This document shows positions 43,638-54,314 of a DNA stretch of 64,000 nt, piece after piece. Numbering within the stretch: the stretch's first letter is position 1; every line of letters starts with the position of its first letter. The translations under genes were made by a program, and so were the position numbers. The notes beneath the pieces were generated by a model. It ran no database searches. It worked only from the letters and a program-made list of their open reading frames with translations, and was not told the origin of the DNA. Location: contig CBDCMT010000001.1 in NCBI GenBank assembly GCA_965219095.1, positions 1,504,001-1,568,000 on the forward strand. Direction: 5' to 3'. Source of the DNA: Bdellovibrionales bacterium (GTDB lineage Bacteria; Bdellovibrionota; Bdellovibrionia; Bdellovibrionales; UBA1609).

Positions 43638-44177
43638 ATGAAAACGAAATTAAAAATCATAATCCCATCTATTGTTTTTTCTATCATAGCTTGTAATAAC
43701 ACAGAGTTTATTAGAAGTCTTGATAGTGAAGACAAAGTCATCAAAGAACCTTTTGAGCCAAGCCCTTATCACAAATGTCCCCTTCACAAATGCTCTAATT
43801 TAGTTCGTTATGTACGAGTACAAAATTATCAAAACGGTGGTCTTATAGAAGAACGTAATCGTTCAAAAGATTTACTTGCTCGTTGTGATTTCGGCCCTGA
43901 GGGTACTATGAATCCTTGGCTCTCTGATCTCTGTAAAAAAAGTACAGAAACAAAAAACATAAAATCTACTAACTCTATAAAACAACCTCTCATAGAGGAA
44001 ACTTTTGTTTTAAGTTTTGAACCTGATCTCGATACTCTTGAAATTGAAATAATTCCCCGCATTCCCTATCTTCGTTATAGAGTTTCTGGAAATATTTTAG
44101 AATTCAATCAACTTTTACCTCTTAGCACTGAAGTTGTGATGTCCTATAAAATAAGTTCAGAAGAATTAGAAGAATAA
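43638..44177 (+). CDS. lipoprotein with 4-Cys module and small C-terminal beta domain (paralog 3)
   Basis: Lipobox IIAC; SD AAGGAGG; core identical at protein level to paralog 1. Confidence 0.8.
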   Translation: MKTKLKIIIPSIVFSIIACNNTEFIRSLDSEDKVIKEPFEPSPYHKCPLHKCSNLVRYVRVQNYQNGGLIEERNRSKDLLARCDFGPEGTMNPWLSDLCKKSTETKNIKSTNSIKQPLIEETFVLSFEPDLDTLEIEIIPRIPYLRYRVSGNILEFNQLLPLSTEVVMSYKISSEELEE

Positions 44178-44212
44178 GACAGATAAACGGAAGTAAGAAG
44201 CAAGGCTTTATC

Positions 44213-44866
44213 TTATAAAACAAAAAACACATAGAGTGGTTGCAAGATAAAGCCTATACCTATAAAAAGTGAAAACAGAAGGCTTATTGTTTTCACTTTT
44301 TTTTCGTGTTTACTTCTATAAAAACCAAGGCTTGCTAAGGAAGAATGAAGACCGTGGTTTAGATGAAAAGTAAGTATTATCAAACATAAAACATAAAAAA
44401 TAACGTACTTTATATCTTGAAAAACATCTACTATAAGAGAAAAAAGATCTCTCATAACAACCCCTTCATACTTCACTTCATAATAGGCTCCATATTTAAA
44501 AGTAATAAGGTGTAGTATGACAAAAACAAAAACAACAAACCCTTGAGTCCATAAAGTTTTTTCTGAAAAACTTGTTTTTTTTTCCCCTGATGCTTGTATC
44601 TTGTAATCTATAGGTTTTGCTCTTTTGTTTTTTAGAGTGATTGTTAAAGCTATGTAAAAATGTAGCACAAAAATAACCAAAAGCCCTATTTCCACAACCT
44701 CTATCAAAGGATTAGAGACAAGCATGTGGCTATAAGTGTTGTAAGCCTCTGGGCCTAAGAAGAGGAGGAAATTTCCTGAAACATGACCTAAAACAAAAAG
44801 ACTTAGAACAAGACCTGTGAGTCCCATAATTTGCTTTTGACCAATTGTGCTTTTCCAATAACTCAT
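44213..44866 (-). CDS. sdhC: succinate dehydrogenase cytochrome b subunit
   Basis: STIGQKQIMGLTGL..FVLGHVSGN; five TM segments with His ligands; HLNHG. Confidence 0.92.
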   Translation of the reverse strand: MSYWKSTIGQKQIMGLTGLVLSLFVLGHVSGNFLLFLGPEAYNTYSHMLVSNPLIEVVEIGLLVIFVLHFYIALTITLKNKRAKPIDYKIQASGEKKTSFSEKTLWTQGFVVFVFVILHLITFKYGAYYEVKYEGVVMRDLFSLIVDVFQDIKYVIFYVLCLIILTFHLNHGLHSSLASLGFYRSKHEKKVKTISLLFSLFIGIGFILQPLYVFFVL

Positions 44867-45054
44867 TCAAATCCAAATATAACAAAAGCACTTTAGTTTT
44901 GACAAGCTATCCCTCTTTTTTCTACCACATTCTTCACATTGCTTTCTTTTTTAAATCCTCTATATAATAATAAATCAAAAAACAAGAAACGTCTTGCTGC
45001 AGTTGTTCGAAAATGTTTTGATTTCTTCACAAAAAAGAGTTAGATTCTGAGCCT

Positions 45055-45828
45055 ATGGATCTTTTTGTAGCCATAAAACAAGTTCCTGATACAGAATCAA
45101 AAATCCAAATCTGTAGTGATGGATCTTCCATAGACACATCTCATATCAAATGGATTCTTAATCCTTATGATGAATTTGCTGTAGAGGAAGCTCTCAAGCT
45201 AAGAGAAAAACTCAACTGTCTTGTCAAGGTAATAACTCTTGGTCCTAAGGCACGCACAGTAGAGACTCTTAGGACAGCTCTGGCAATGGGTGCTGATGAA
45301 GCTATCGCCATTGATGCTCCAGAGGACACAGACCATTTCTCTACAGCTAAAGCTTTAAAATTAGCAATTAAAAAAGAAGGAAACTTTCATTATATTTTTA
45401 CAGGAACCCTCGCTATTGATGATAATATGTCAAGTGTAAGTCAAATGTTGGCTGAGTTTCTCAATATCCCCCACATTGTAGTAGTTTCACAGTTTGAAAA
45501 TCAAAAGAACACAGCTCTTATAACAAGAGATCTAGAGGGAGGGGAAAAAGAGATCTTAGAAGTTAAAGGTGCTTGCGTCGTAGGTGCAACAAAAGGTCTG
45601 AACACTCCTCGCTATGCAAGCCTTCCTGGCATCATGAAAGCTAAGAAAAAACCTCTTAAAGAGTACAGTCTTTCAGAGCTAGGAGTTACCGAATCAGACA
45701 GGAAAATTAGTTTCTCTCACTTTCAACTCCCTAAAGAAAAAAAACCTGTAAAGTTCCTTGAGGGAACCGCTCAACAACAGGCAGACCAACTTGTAGAGCT
45801 TTTAAAAACAGAGGATAAGGTTCTATAA
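45055..45828 (+). CDS. etfB: electron transfer flavoprotein beta subunit
   Basis: KQVPDT, NPYDEFAVEEA, ALAMGAD, PRYASLPGIMKAKKKP. Confidence 0.96.
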   Translation: MDLFVAIKQVPDTESKIQICSDGSSIDTSHIKWILNPYDEFAVEEALKLREKLNCLVKVITLGPKARTVETLRTALAMGADEAIAIDAPEDTDHFSTAKALKLAIKKEGNFHYIFTGTLAIDDNMSSVSQMLAEFLNIPHIVVVSQFENQKNTALITRDLEGGEKEILEVKGACVVGATKGLNTPRYASLPGIMKAKKKPLKEYSLSELGVTESDRKISFSHFQLPKEKKPVKFLEGTAQQQADQLVELLKTEDKVL

Positions 45829-45829
45829 A

Positions 45830-46792
45830 ATGTCAGAAGTCCTTATTTTTTGTGAAAACACTCAAGGTGAAATTAAAAAATCTTCTCTTGAACTACTATC
45901 TCTTTCCAAAAAATCAAACCTTCAATCTTCTGCTCTCGTCATAGGAAAAAATGAATCTCTCATTAAAAAGATTTTTGGTTACAATATAGAAACTATCTTC
46001 CACTGCAAAAAAAATCTTTCCCACAATCGAGAGGCTTTTTGTGAAGTTCTTATTAAAGCTATTAAAACCTCACAAGCTCACACCATCCTTGCTTCTTCAA
46101 CAAGCCTAACAAAAGATCTTTTCCCTAAAGTCAGTACCCACCTTGAAGCTGGTTTTGTTAGTGATGTCACAGATCTAGAATTTAAAGAAAAAGAACTTAT
46201 TGTAAGAAAACCCCTTTACTCTGGGAAGTGTTCTGCACAAGTAAACTTCCATAACACAGATTACAAGATCATTCTTATGAGACCCAATCAGTTAACCATC
46301 GAATCCTCTACCGAAGAAAGTGTTACTGAAATAAAAACCCTTTCTTCAGAGGAAAAAGAAAGCAAAATAACACTAAAAGAAGTTGTAAAGTCATCCCATT
46401 CTGAGAAATTTGATCTTACAGAAGCTAGTATTATTGTTTCAGGAGGAAGAGGTCTTCAAAACGCTGATAACTACAAAAAACTATTAGAGCCTTTAGCTGA
46501 GGCCCTTAATGCTTCTCTAGGAGCCTCTCGTGCTATTGTTGATTCCGGCTGGGTTAACCATGACATGCAAGTAGGGCAGACCGGTAAAACTGTAAGTCCC
46601 GACCTCTACATCGCTTGTGGCATCTCAGGGGCTATACAACATTTAGCAGGAATGGGAGACAGTAAAGTGATCGTGGCTATTAATAAGGACCCACAAGCTC
46701 CTCTCTTTAAAAAAGCCACTTATGGAATTGTGGGCGATCTCTTTGAAATTCTGCCCCTTTTAACAGAAACTCTTAAGAAATCCAAGACCTAA
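45830..46792 (+). CDS. etfA: electron transfer flavoprotein alpha subunit
   Basis: VSGGRG, GASRA, QVGQTGK, GISGAIQHLAGM. Confidence 0.96.
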   Translation: MSEVLIFCENTQGEIKKSSLELLSLSKKSNLQSSALVIGKNESLIKKIFGYNIETIFHCKKNLSHNREAFCEVLIKAIKTSQAHTILASSTSLTKDLFPKVSTHLEAGFVSDVTDLEFKEKELIVRKPLYSGKCSAQVNFHNTDYKIILMRPNQLTIESSTEESVTEIKTLSSEEKESKITLKEVVKSSHSEKFDLTEASIIVSGGRGLQNADNYKKLLEPLAEALNASLGASRAIVDSGWVNHDMQVGQTGKTVSPDLYIACGISGAIQHLAGMGDSKVIVAINKDPQAPLFKKATYGIVGDLFEILPLLTETLKKSKT

Positions 46793-46893
46793 GTCCTAAG
46801 ACACTTTTTCTTTTTTGTAACAAACCTGAAAAATCATGATAAAATAGACCTTGTATTGAGAGAAATACCAAGAAAATAAAAAATGGGGGCTTT

Positions 46894-47712
46894 ATGAAAA
46901 ACATTCTTATTTTTACGATCACTTTCATCATACTAACTCTAGAAGCTTCTGCTTCTTTCATCACTGTAGGAGAAAAAACGATCACTTTAAAGGAGTTTAA
47001 AAGAAAATTTAACCAAACTAAGAATGCCATCAACCGACCTACACCTGAACAATTTTTAGAAGATCTCATTCGTTATGAAATAGGTATCCAAGAGGCTAGG
47101 AAAAAAAATCTTCAAAAGCATTCCTTCCTTAAAGACAGGATGAATCAAGAACTTTATAAAGTACTTCTTGAAACAGAATTAGGAGAAGAAATGAGAAACA
47201 TTCGTGTTACAAAAAGAGAAGTCAAAGCTGAGTACAAGAGAAGCCCTGAAATCAGAACAAGCCACATATTTTTTGAACTTCCTTCCAAGTCCACAAAAGC
47301 ACAAACTCTCTTTGTGAAAAAAAGAGCTCGTAGTATATTGAAAAAGGTTCTAAGAAGTAAAAAACCTTTCGAACAACTAGCTGTTTTGTATTCTGATGAT
47401 TCCATTTCGAAAATCGTAGGAGGCGATTTAGGATTTCAAACACGTCTATCTACAAACTCTCGTTATTATAACGTAGCTTTAAAGTTAAAAGTAGGAAGCA
47501 TCCACTCTAAACTTATTAGCACCCCCTACGGATTCCATATTGTAAAACTCACAGCAAAAAACTCTTACAAAAATGGAGACAAAAGGCACATACGAAGCCT
47601 TGTCTTTGAAAAGAAAAAACGAAAACTTTTTGATCGCTATTTTTCTAACCTCAAAAGAAACTACTCTATTAAACTCGATCCAAAAGCTATGAAAAAAATC
47701 AAATCTTTTTAA
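46894..47712 (+). CDS. parvulin/PpiC-type peptidyl-prolyl isomerase
   Basis: RTSHI, FEQLAVLYSDD, GGDLG, TPYGFHIVK. Confidence 0.88.
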   Translation: MKNILIFTITFIILTLEASASFITVGEKTITLKEFKRKFNQTKNAINRPTPEQFLEDLIRYEIGIQEARKKNLQKHSFLKDRMNQELYKVLLETELGEEMRNIRVTKREVKAEYKRSPEIRTSHIFFELPSKSTKAQTLFVKKRARSILKKVLRSKKPFEQLAVLYSDDSISKIVGGDLGFQTRLSTNSRYYNVALKLKVGSIHSKLISTPYGFHIVKLTAKNSYKNGDKRHIRSLVFEKKKRKLFDRYFSNLKRNYSIKLDPKAMKKIKSF

Positions 47713-47735
47713 AGAGGTTTCCCTTCATTTGTAAA

Positions 47736-48656
47736 ATGAAAGTGCCTCTTGCACTTTTTAGTTTGCTTTTCTTTATAGGTTGCGAGAAAACTCAACCTCT
47801 TGTCATAAGTAAAGTCGGTAATACTCATGTTTTAGGAGAAAAAGAGTTTTTGTCTCGCTTAAAAAGAGAGCTTAGAGTTTACAATCCTATAGCTCTCAAA
47901 GACCCTAAAACAATCGAAAGAGCTCAAGATAAAGTGATCTTAGATTTTATTAGAGAAAGTTTTTTGCAGAAATGGGCTCATGAAAATAATATTTTTATCA
48001 CACATAAAAACTTAAAAGAGGAGATTCGGAAAATAAAAAAAGAATACAATTCTGAAAAGTCTTTTTACGAAACACTGAGGAAAAAGAACCTTTCTTTTGG
48101 GGAATGGAGAAGACAGATCAGAGTTTCTTTGATTGAAAAAAAACTTTTTGAAATGCTTCATAAAACCATTCCTCCAGTAAAGGATCAACAACTTATAAGA
48201 TTTTATAAAAAGAATAGGAAAGACTTTAAATTACCCAAAAGAATCGCTTTAAGACAAATTCTCATGCCTTCTTTAGAAAAGGCCAACATCGTTTTGAGAC
48301 AAATCAAAAGAAGTGTTATTTCATTTGAAAAAGCCATGGAATATTATCCTCACTCTCAACTCCTCTTCTGGATTTATGAAACTGAGAAGGGTCCTTTTGA
48401 AAAGGCTTTTTTTATGAAAATAGGACAAGTGGGACTTGCAAAAAGTCATAAGGGCTTTCATGTGTTTAAAGTCATAAAAAAAAGGGCATTTTCTTATCAG
48501 GTCTTTCAAAAAGTGAAGGGGAAAATTAAAAAAACACTGACTGAAAAAGATCTTAAACATGCTTACAAAAAATGGCTTAAAAAACAACTTCAAAGCACCC
48601 CTGTCTTTAAAAATAAAGCTATCTTAAAAAGTCTTATTTTAAAGCAAGTCTCTTAG
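47736..48656 (+). CDS. SurA/PrsA-like PPIase lipoprotein
   Basis: Lipobox FIGC, SurA-N-like helical region, LRQI..KSHKGFHVFKV. Confidence 0.75.
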   Translation: MKVPLALFSLLFFIGCEKTQPLVISKVGNTHVLGEKEFLSRLKRELRVYNPIALKDPKTIERAQDKVILDFIRESFLQKWAHENNIFITHKNLKEEIRKIKKEYNSEKSFYETLRKKNLSFGEWRRQIRVSLIEKKLFEMLHKTIPPVKDQQLIRFYKKNRKDFKLPKRIALRQILMPSLEKANIVLRQIKRSVISFEKAMEYYPHSQLLFWIYETEKGPFEKAFFMKIGQVGLAKSHKGFHVFKVIKKRAFSYQVFQKVKGKIKKTLTEKDLKHAYKKWLKKQLQSTPVFKNKAILKSLILKQVS

Positions 48657-48755
48657 AAGGGGTTTTCGTTTCTAAAACAAAAAAGGAAGGCCTTCTTCTT
48701 TATGACCAAACTCCTACTAGACAAGAGAGATTTTTTCTTGTAGAACAAAGAAAGT

Positions 48756-49697
48756 ATGAAAAAACTCATTCTTCTCACACTCTTAATAGCTCCTTTTATG
48801 TTAACGTCTTTGAACGTGAAGGCTCAAGTTGTAGAACGCATCCTAGCTATCGTTAACAACAAACCTATTCTTCTATCAGATTTGAGAGCCTATAAAAATA
48901 AACTCCTTTACGAAAGGGCTCTCGTAGAACCTAGTTTGCTTTTTATAACAGACCCCGATAAGCTGATAACAAACCCTAAAGCTCTCCTTGATCATTTGAT
49001 CAACGAAAGCCTTCTTGACCAAGAAATTAAGAGAAAAAATATCACAGTTTCCGAAAGAGACATTATAAACAGTATCAAACAAGTCTCTCAATCACAGGGA
49101 CTTACCTTGAAAGAGTTCTTAAAAAGACTTAAAGCTGAAGGCATATCGACAAAAGCTTTCCGAATTCATGCTAAGAAATCTCTCGAAAGAAAATCTTTTT
49201 TTAGAAAAGTAATTCAACCTAGAATACAAATTACAGAAAAAGATCTTAAAAAAGAGGTTAGAAAAACAAAAAAAAAGATAGTCTACGTTCTCTCACATAT
49301 GATTATTTCTGATAAAGAGGGTGAACTTAAAGCTGAAGAAAAAGCTAAACAGGTTTACGAAAAGGTAAAAGCAAAACCACAAAACTTTGATCTCATAGCA
49401 AAAGATTATGCTGATAATCCTAACACAAAGCTAGGAGCTTTCTCTCTTGAAGACATCCGACAAGAGTTAAGACCTCTTATCAAAAACCTCAGAAAAGGTC
49501 AAATTTCAAAACTCATAAGACTACAAAATGGGTACTTTCAAATACTTAAACTCAATGATAAAAAGAATATAAAAGATAAAAGAAAAAATAGAACACTCCA
49601 AGCAAGAGAAGTTTTAATGCAAAAGTACGGAATTAAAGAATTAAAGAAGTGGTTAGAAGAAAAAAGGCAGGTCTCTTTCGTTAAAATCAACTCATGA
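48756..49697 (+). CDS. surA: SurA-like chaperone
   Basis: VVERILAIVNNKPILLSD, degenerate parvulin domain, C-terminal FVKIN. Confidence 0.75.
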   Translation: MKKLILLTLLIAPFMLTSLNVKAQVVERILAIVNNKPILLSDLRAYKNKLLYERALVEPSLLFITDPDKLITNPKALLDHLINESLLDQEIKRKNITVSERDIINSIKQVSQSQGLTLKEFLKRLKAEGISTKAFRIHAKKSLERKSFFRKVIQPRIQITEKDLKKEVRKTKKKIVYVLSHMIISDKEGELKAEEKAKQVYEKVKAKPQNFDLIAKDYADNPNTKLGAFSLEDIRQELRPLIKNLRKGQISKLIRLQNGYFQILKLNDKKNIKDKRKNRTLQAREVLMQKYGIKELKKWLEEKRQVSFVKINS

Positions 49698-51094
49698 AAT
49701 TCTCTCCTCATATCTTTAGAGAATATGATATAAGGGGAGTCTATAATAAAGATTTTGATCTTAGTTTTTGTGAACATCTTTGTTTTTCTTTTGCTGAACT
49801 TGTAAAAACACAATTCAACATAAAATCTCCTAAGATAAGCCTAGGAAGAGACATCCGTCTTTCAAGCCCTGAGATACAAACAGCTGCTATTAGTGGTTTT
49901 TTGAAAAATAAAGCTCAAGTTATAAAAATAGGCCCTTGCACAACTCCTCTTTCTTATTTCTCCTTAAAACATCTTAAGCTTGATGCTTCCTGCATGATCA
50001 CAGCCAGCCACAACCCTAAAGAGTTTAATGGTTTTAAATTTTCAATTAAAGACACTTTCTTTTATGGAGAAAAAATACAAATGCTTCGTCAACACTTAGA
50101 AAGGTCTTCTCTTATAGATAAATTAGCCCCCAAAGGACTTAAGAAAGAAGCTAGAAAAGAGGTCATATACGCTTATATTAATAATTACAGAAAAGAATTT
50201 CATTTTCATGAAGGCTGTTTAAACATAGTTCTAGATTGTGGGAACGGAACAAGTGGCCTTATAGCAAGAAAGCTTTTCACATCTTTGGGCCTAAAACCTC
50301 ATATTCTCTTTGAAAAACCTGACGGCAACTTCCCTAACCATCACCCTGATCCTAGTGTTGAAGAGAATCTAAGAGATTTAAAAATAGAGGTCTTAAAAAC
50401 TAAAGCTCATATAGGTCTTGCTTTTGACGGAGATTGCGACAGACTTGGCCTTGTTGATGAAAAAGGAGCTATGATTCCTATGGATAGACTCTTAGCACTT
50501 TACAGTCGTTTTGTTTTAAAAACACATCCAAAAGCTAAAATTGTTGCTGATGTGAAGTGCTCTGATGTTCTCTTTTCTGAAATTGAAAGACATGGTGGAA
50601 AAGCCATTATGTGGAAAACAGGACACAGTCTTATCAAACAAAAAATACGAGAAGAAAAATCTCCCTTTGGAGGAGAACTTAGCGGACACATTTTTTTCAA
50701 TGATAGAAGGGAAAGTTTTGATGACGCCTTTTATGCCGCCCTTAGGCTCCTTGAAGTCCTTCACATCAATAAAAACCCAATAAGTTCTTTAATGGCTTCT
50801 ATTCCTAAATCCATTAACACTCCTGAGATTCGTATAGAAACAACAGAGGAGAAAAAAAGAGAAATTACTGAAAGGATCATCAAACAAATAAAAAAAAGTT
50901 CTCTCCGAGAAAACACATGTTTTCTTGATGGAGTACGCATACGTTTTGAAGAAGGCTCTTGGGCTTTGATACGTCCTTCTAACACACAGGCCATACTTGT
51001 TTTAAGATTTGAAGCTAAAACAAAAGAAAAGTTAGAAAATATAAAATCACAAGTCAAATCTTGGATTCCTAGCGAGTTTCATAAGTTTTTTTAA
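49694..51094 (+). CDS. phosphomannomutase/phosphoglucomutase
   Basis: FREYDIRG, TASHNP, DGDCDR, GELSGH, RPSNT. Confidence 0.93.
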   Translation: MKFSPHIFREYDIRGVYNKDFDLSFCEHLCFSFAELVKTQFNIKSPKISLGRDIRLSSPEIQTAAISGFLKNKAQVIKIGPCTTPLSYFSLKHLKLDASCMITASHNPKEFNGFKFSIKDTFFYGEKIQMLRQHLERSSLIDKLAPKGLKKEARKEVIYAYINNYRKEFHFHEGCLNIVLDCGNGTSGLIARKLFTSLGLKPHILFEKPDGNFPNHHPDPSVEENLRDLKIEVLKTKAHIGLAFDGDCDRLGLVDEKGAMIPMDRLLALYSRFVLKTHPKAKIVADVKCSDVLFSEIERHGGKAIMWKTGHSLIKQKIREEKSPFGGELSGHIFFNDRRESFDDAFYAALRLLEVLHINKNPISSLMASIPKSINTPEIRIETTEEKKREITERIIKQIKKSSLRENTCFLDGVRIRFEEGSWALIRPSNTQAILVLRFEAKTKEKLENIKSQVKSWIPSEFHKFF

Positions 51095-51095
51095 C

Positions 51096-51174
51096 TAATA
51101 TTTCCAAAAATTAATTCGACATTTTTTTAACGCATAGCCTCCTGGCTTTTTGATCAAACTCTGTTACATTTTTA
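51096..51174 (+). mobile_element. IS630 type 1 left-end remnant
   Basis: ATTTCCAAAAATTAATTCGACATT.. matches the sequence from 21977; cut by ISL3. Confidence 0.8.
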
Positions 51175-51216
51175 GCCTCCTCAAAAGAATCTGTGGGTTC
51201 CCGGAGGTTCTTTTGT

Positions 51217-53918
51217 AAGTCGGTTTCTTAACAGCCCTTGACTTCTACTGAACTTCTTCTTCTGTGAAGTTTTCTTTTGTAGGGACTTAATGTTTTACTC
51301 ATTCCCCCAATATGAACATTAACTCCCGAAGGATGATGCTCTTTGCCACGATAACCTTTATCTACATACAAATTTTTTGCCTTAACCTTTGTTAAGGATT
51401 CAACTTGAGATAAGGCTGGCTTTAAACTGTGAACATCTGATACATTTTTTTCAAATGACTTTACCCCTAAAACCCAGCAATTTTTTGATGAAGTTGCCAC
51501 ACTCACCTTATTGCCAAATTCATATTTTTTATGGGCTTTGCCCTTCCCTATGCAATAAACCTCAGGAGCATGAACACTATACACCTTGTTCTTATCCCCT
51601 CTTTTTTGGTTATAAATTCTTACACATAAAGATAAACATCTTTTTAAAGATGTATTCTCTTCCAAGAACTTAGGACCTCCTTTTCTTGTAACATCTCTTA
51701 TCACACGACCTAGATAAGTATGAAGCTTTCTTTGCTGTTTTCTTGCTAAACGTATTTTTCTTGTATGAGCATAACGAGCATTCTTAAACAAACACTCCTT
51801 GGCCTTTCTTTTATAGCTTTGACGTAAAACTAAACCCTCTTTTTTAGCCCTGTGAACTAAAGTCTTTAAAGCTTTGTAATAAAGACGGCTGTCTGTAGGA
51901 AAAGCTATTGCTTTCTCTTGAACAGTTGTATCAACAACTACATTCTCAAACTCTTTTTTTTTTACAAAATCCTCTCTCAAAGCTAAATCAATGGTTTCCT
52001 CTAAGAGAACTTCTATCTTCTCAGCCCCCATCCTCTTTCTCCAGTTAGTCAATGAACTTCTATCACAGGGATCTTCATAAGAATAAAAAGGCTGACCACA
52101 AAAATACTGCCATTGAGGACTCTCTTTGAACATTTCTATTGTCTTCTCGTCACTTAAATTATAAATGTATTTCAAGCACTGAAGTCCCACCATTAAACGA
52201 GTTGAAAGACCTGGACGACCTTTTTTTTCATCATACTTCGAACCAAAATCTTTATCAAAACGATCCCAGTCTATTTTATTAGCTAAAATGACAAGCGGAT
52301 GCTTCTTATGAACAATGTCGTTTATACCAATTACAGAAATTAATTCGACATTTTCATGTTCAAATTTAAAATTTTAAAATTGACTTAAGGAAAAGTTTCA
52401 GTTAGGAGGTTTTAAAAAAACTTCTTTTAAGGTGAGTTTAAGTTTTCATAAGATAAGTTTATTTCAGGTATATCTATTTGTTGTGTGAATCGATTGATGG
52501 GTTAAAATAAGTGAAAAAGTGAGGGTAAAATTTAAAATGACAAAAATCAGTTAAACAATTTAATTTATAGGTTCAAATTAATTTACAAGCTTGATTCATC
52601 TTGTTGTTTTGCCCAAGATCGAGTGCATAATTTTTTAATCCTGCCCTCCTGATCGCAAAAAGTATTCCAGGCCTCACAACAAGTATTCAGTATATGGTCA
52701 TAGTTTTTAAAACATGCATTCGATAATTTGATCCTTCGTAATTGTTGCCAGACTTGTTCCATGGGATTTAATTCTGGACTATAAGGAGGTAAAGGCATCA
52801 TGGATAAATTCTTAGGAACTATCAAAGTCTCTGTGGTATGCCAACTGGCTCTGTCCATTAAAACAATTCCATGATAGTTTTCTTGAATATTTTTAGATAT
52901 CTCATCTAAGTGAATTTGCATCATCCCTGAATTACATTCCGGTAAAATCCAAGCACAGCCTTTATCTTTATCCGGACAAACTGCTCCAAAAATATAAGTG
53001 GATAAAAATTGTCTTTGCCTCACAACTCTAGGCCGTGTGCCTTTTCTTGCCCAAATCCTGCTCAAAGAACCTTGCTGAGCTTATTCTGCATTCATCCTGC
53101 CACCAAATCTCTATTTTATGAGTCTGAATCTTTTCTTTTATTTTCTCCACCTCTTCTGGAAAATGTTCCTTAAACTGTTCCATAGCTTCTTAATGAACTT
53201 TTAGGATGAAGAGAACGACCACTGATCCATACAATATTAAGGCGGTCTAAAGAAACATAAACCCCAGAAAGAGAATAGCAACAGTCAAATTCATCTGCTA
53301 AAAGTTTCTGTATTTCCTTTGCTCCTATGCTTCCTCCCTCTCTTTTGTCTTGAATTTCATCTAACTTGATTTTGAAGTTCTCCTCTTCTGTCACTGGCAA
53401 ACGAGGCTTGCGTCCTCTGCCTTCTCGATCTATCAATCCCTCGTAATCAAAGTCTACAAAAAAAGACTGTAACCAGGATTTGATACTGTGACGGTGATAC
53501 AAAACCATACCTGCTGTTTCTTGAATCGATTTTCCTTCTTGCATATGCTGCAAAGCCAATAATTTTGTCTTGATGTTGGCACTTCTTTCTACTTTGTAAG
53601 TAGCCAGAAAATCATACCCTTGAATCTGTGTAACTAAATCTTTTTTCGACATGACTCTAAAAATTTAACAGAGTTTTATCAAAAAGCCAGGACGCAATGA
53701 GTTAAAAAAATGTCGAATTAATTTTTGGAAATGGTATTACTCTAAAATTAAGAGGGCTTCTCTTTTGTGTGCTGAACATGTCTTTTGGCCTCATCTTTTT
53801 TCCTTTCTGTTTTGCAAGGTTTTTTATCTGTTTTTTCATTTCCTTGCAATTATTTTCATGCAAAAATTACAAAAAAACAAGTGTTTTTAGCTGCTTATGC
53901 ATTTTTCACGTTCGACTA
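51217..53918 (-). mobile_element. IS5-family (IS5 group) element, interrupted by IS630 and deleted near its 3' end
   Basis: Ends ..AGTCGGTTTCTTAAC / TTTTTCACGTTCGACT; HPLVILANKIDW..GRP, VDTTVQEKAI, GKAHKKYEFG, YVDKGYRG. Confidence 0.88.
52325..53736 (-). mobile_element. IS630 type 1, copy C (TTA duplicated)
   Basis: Both TIRs; ORFs 53170-53652 and 52583-53065. Confidence 0.93.
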
Positions 53919-54314
53919 AGTAGCTTATGTCTTCGTATGGTTTTTGCTTCTCTTTTCATAGGTTCAATTTTTGAAAGCATGACTCGTCTCGTCCAACTGT
54001 CTATAAATTTACCAGCCCAAGTTGGTGGAACATAGGTCCATAACTGTCGGAAGTCTTCTTTTAAAAAATAACAGCGGATACTTTTTAAATTGTACTGTAT
54101 TAAATGCCTTAATTTTACTTTTTCATAAGATTTTAAATTTTCTGCATTTTTTAACAAGGGCCATCTAGCTTTTGTTAAAAGGGGTTCATACCCGTCTTCT
54201 TTCATTTTTTTGTGTTCTGAAGCTCTCACTTCATCTAAAGCCTTATTGAGTCTTGCTACGATATGAAACCGATCTAATATGTGTAAAGCTCCACTTGCCC
54301 TCTCCTTTATGACT

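Larger units (their letters stand above)
51175..54314 (-). mobile_element. ISL3 copy 4, partial, interrupted by IS5
   Basis: Right end at 51175-51210; transposase piece at 53919-54314. Confidence 0.8.

Noticed and set aside
42572..43938. DGR template/variable repeat pair in the lipoprotein genes
   Set aside because: The two differences are synonymous C/T changes, both copies are coding, and there is no RT in the window.
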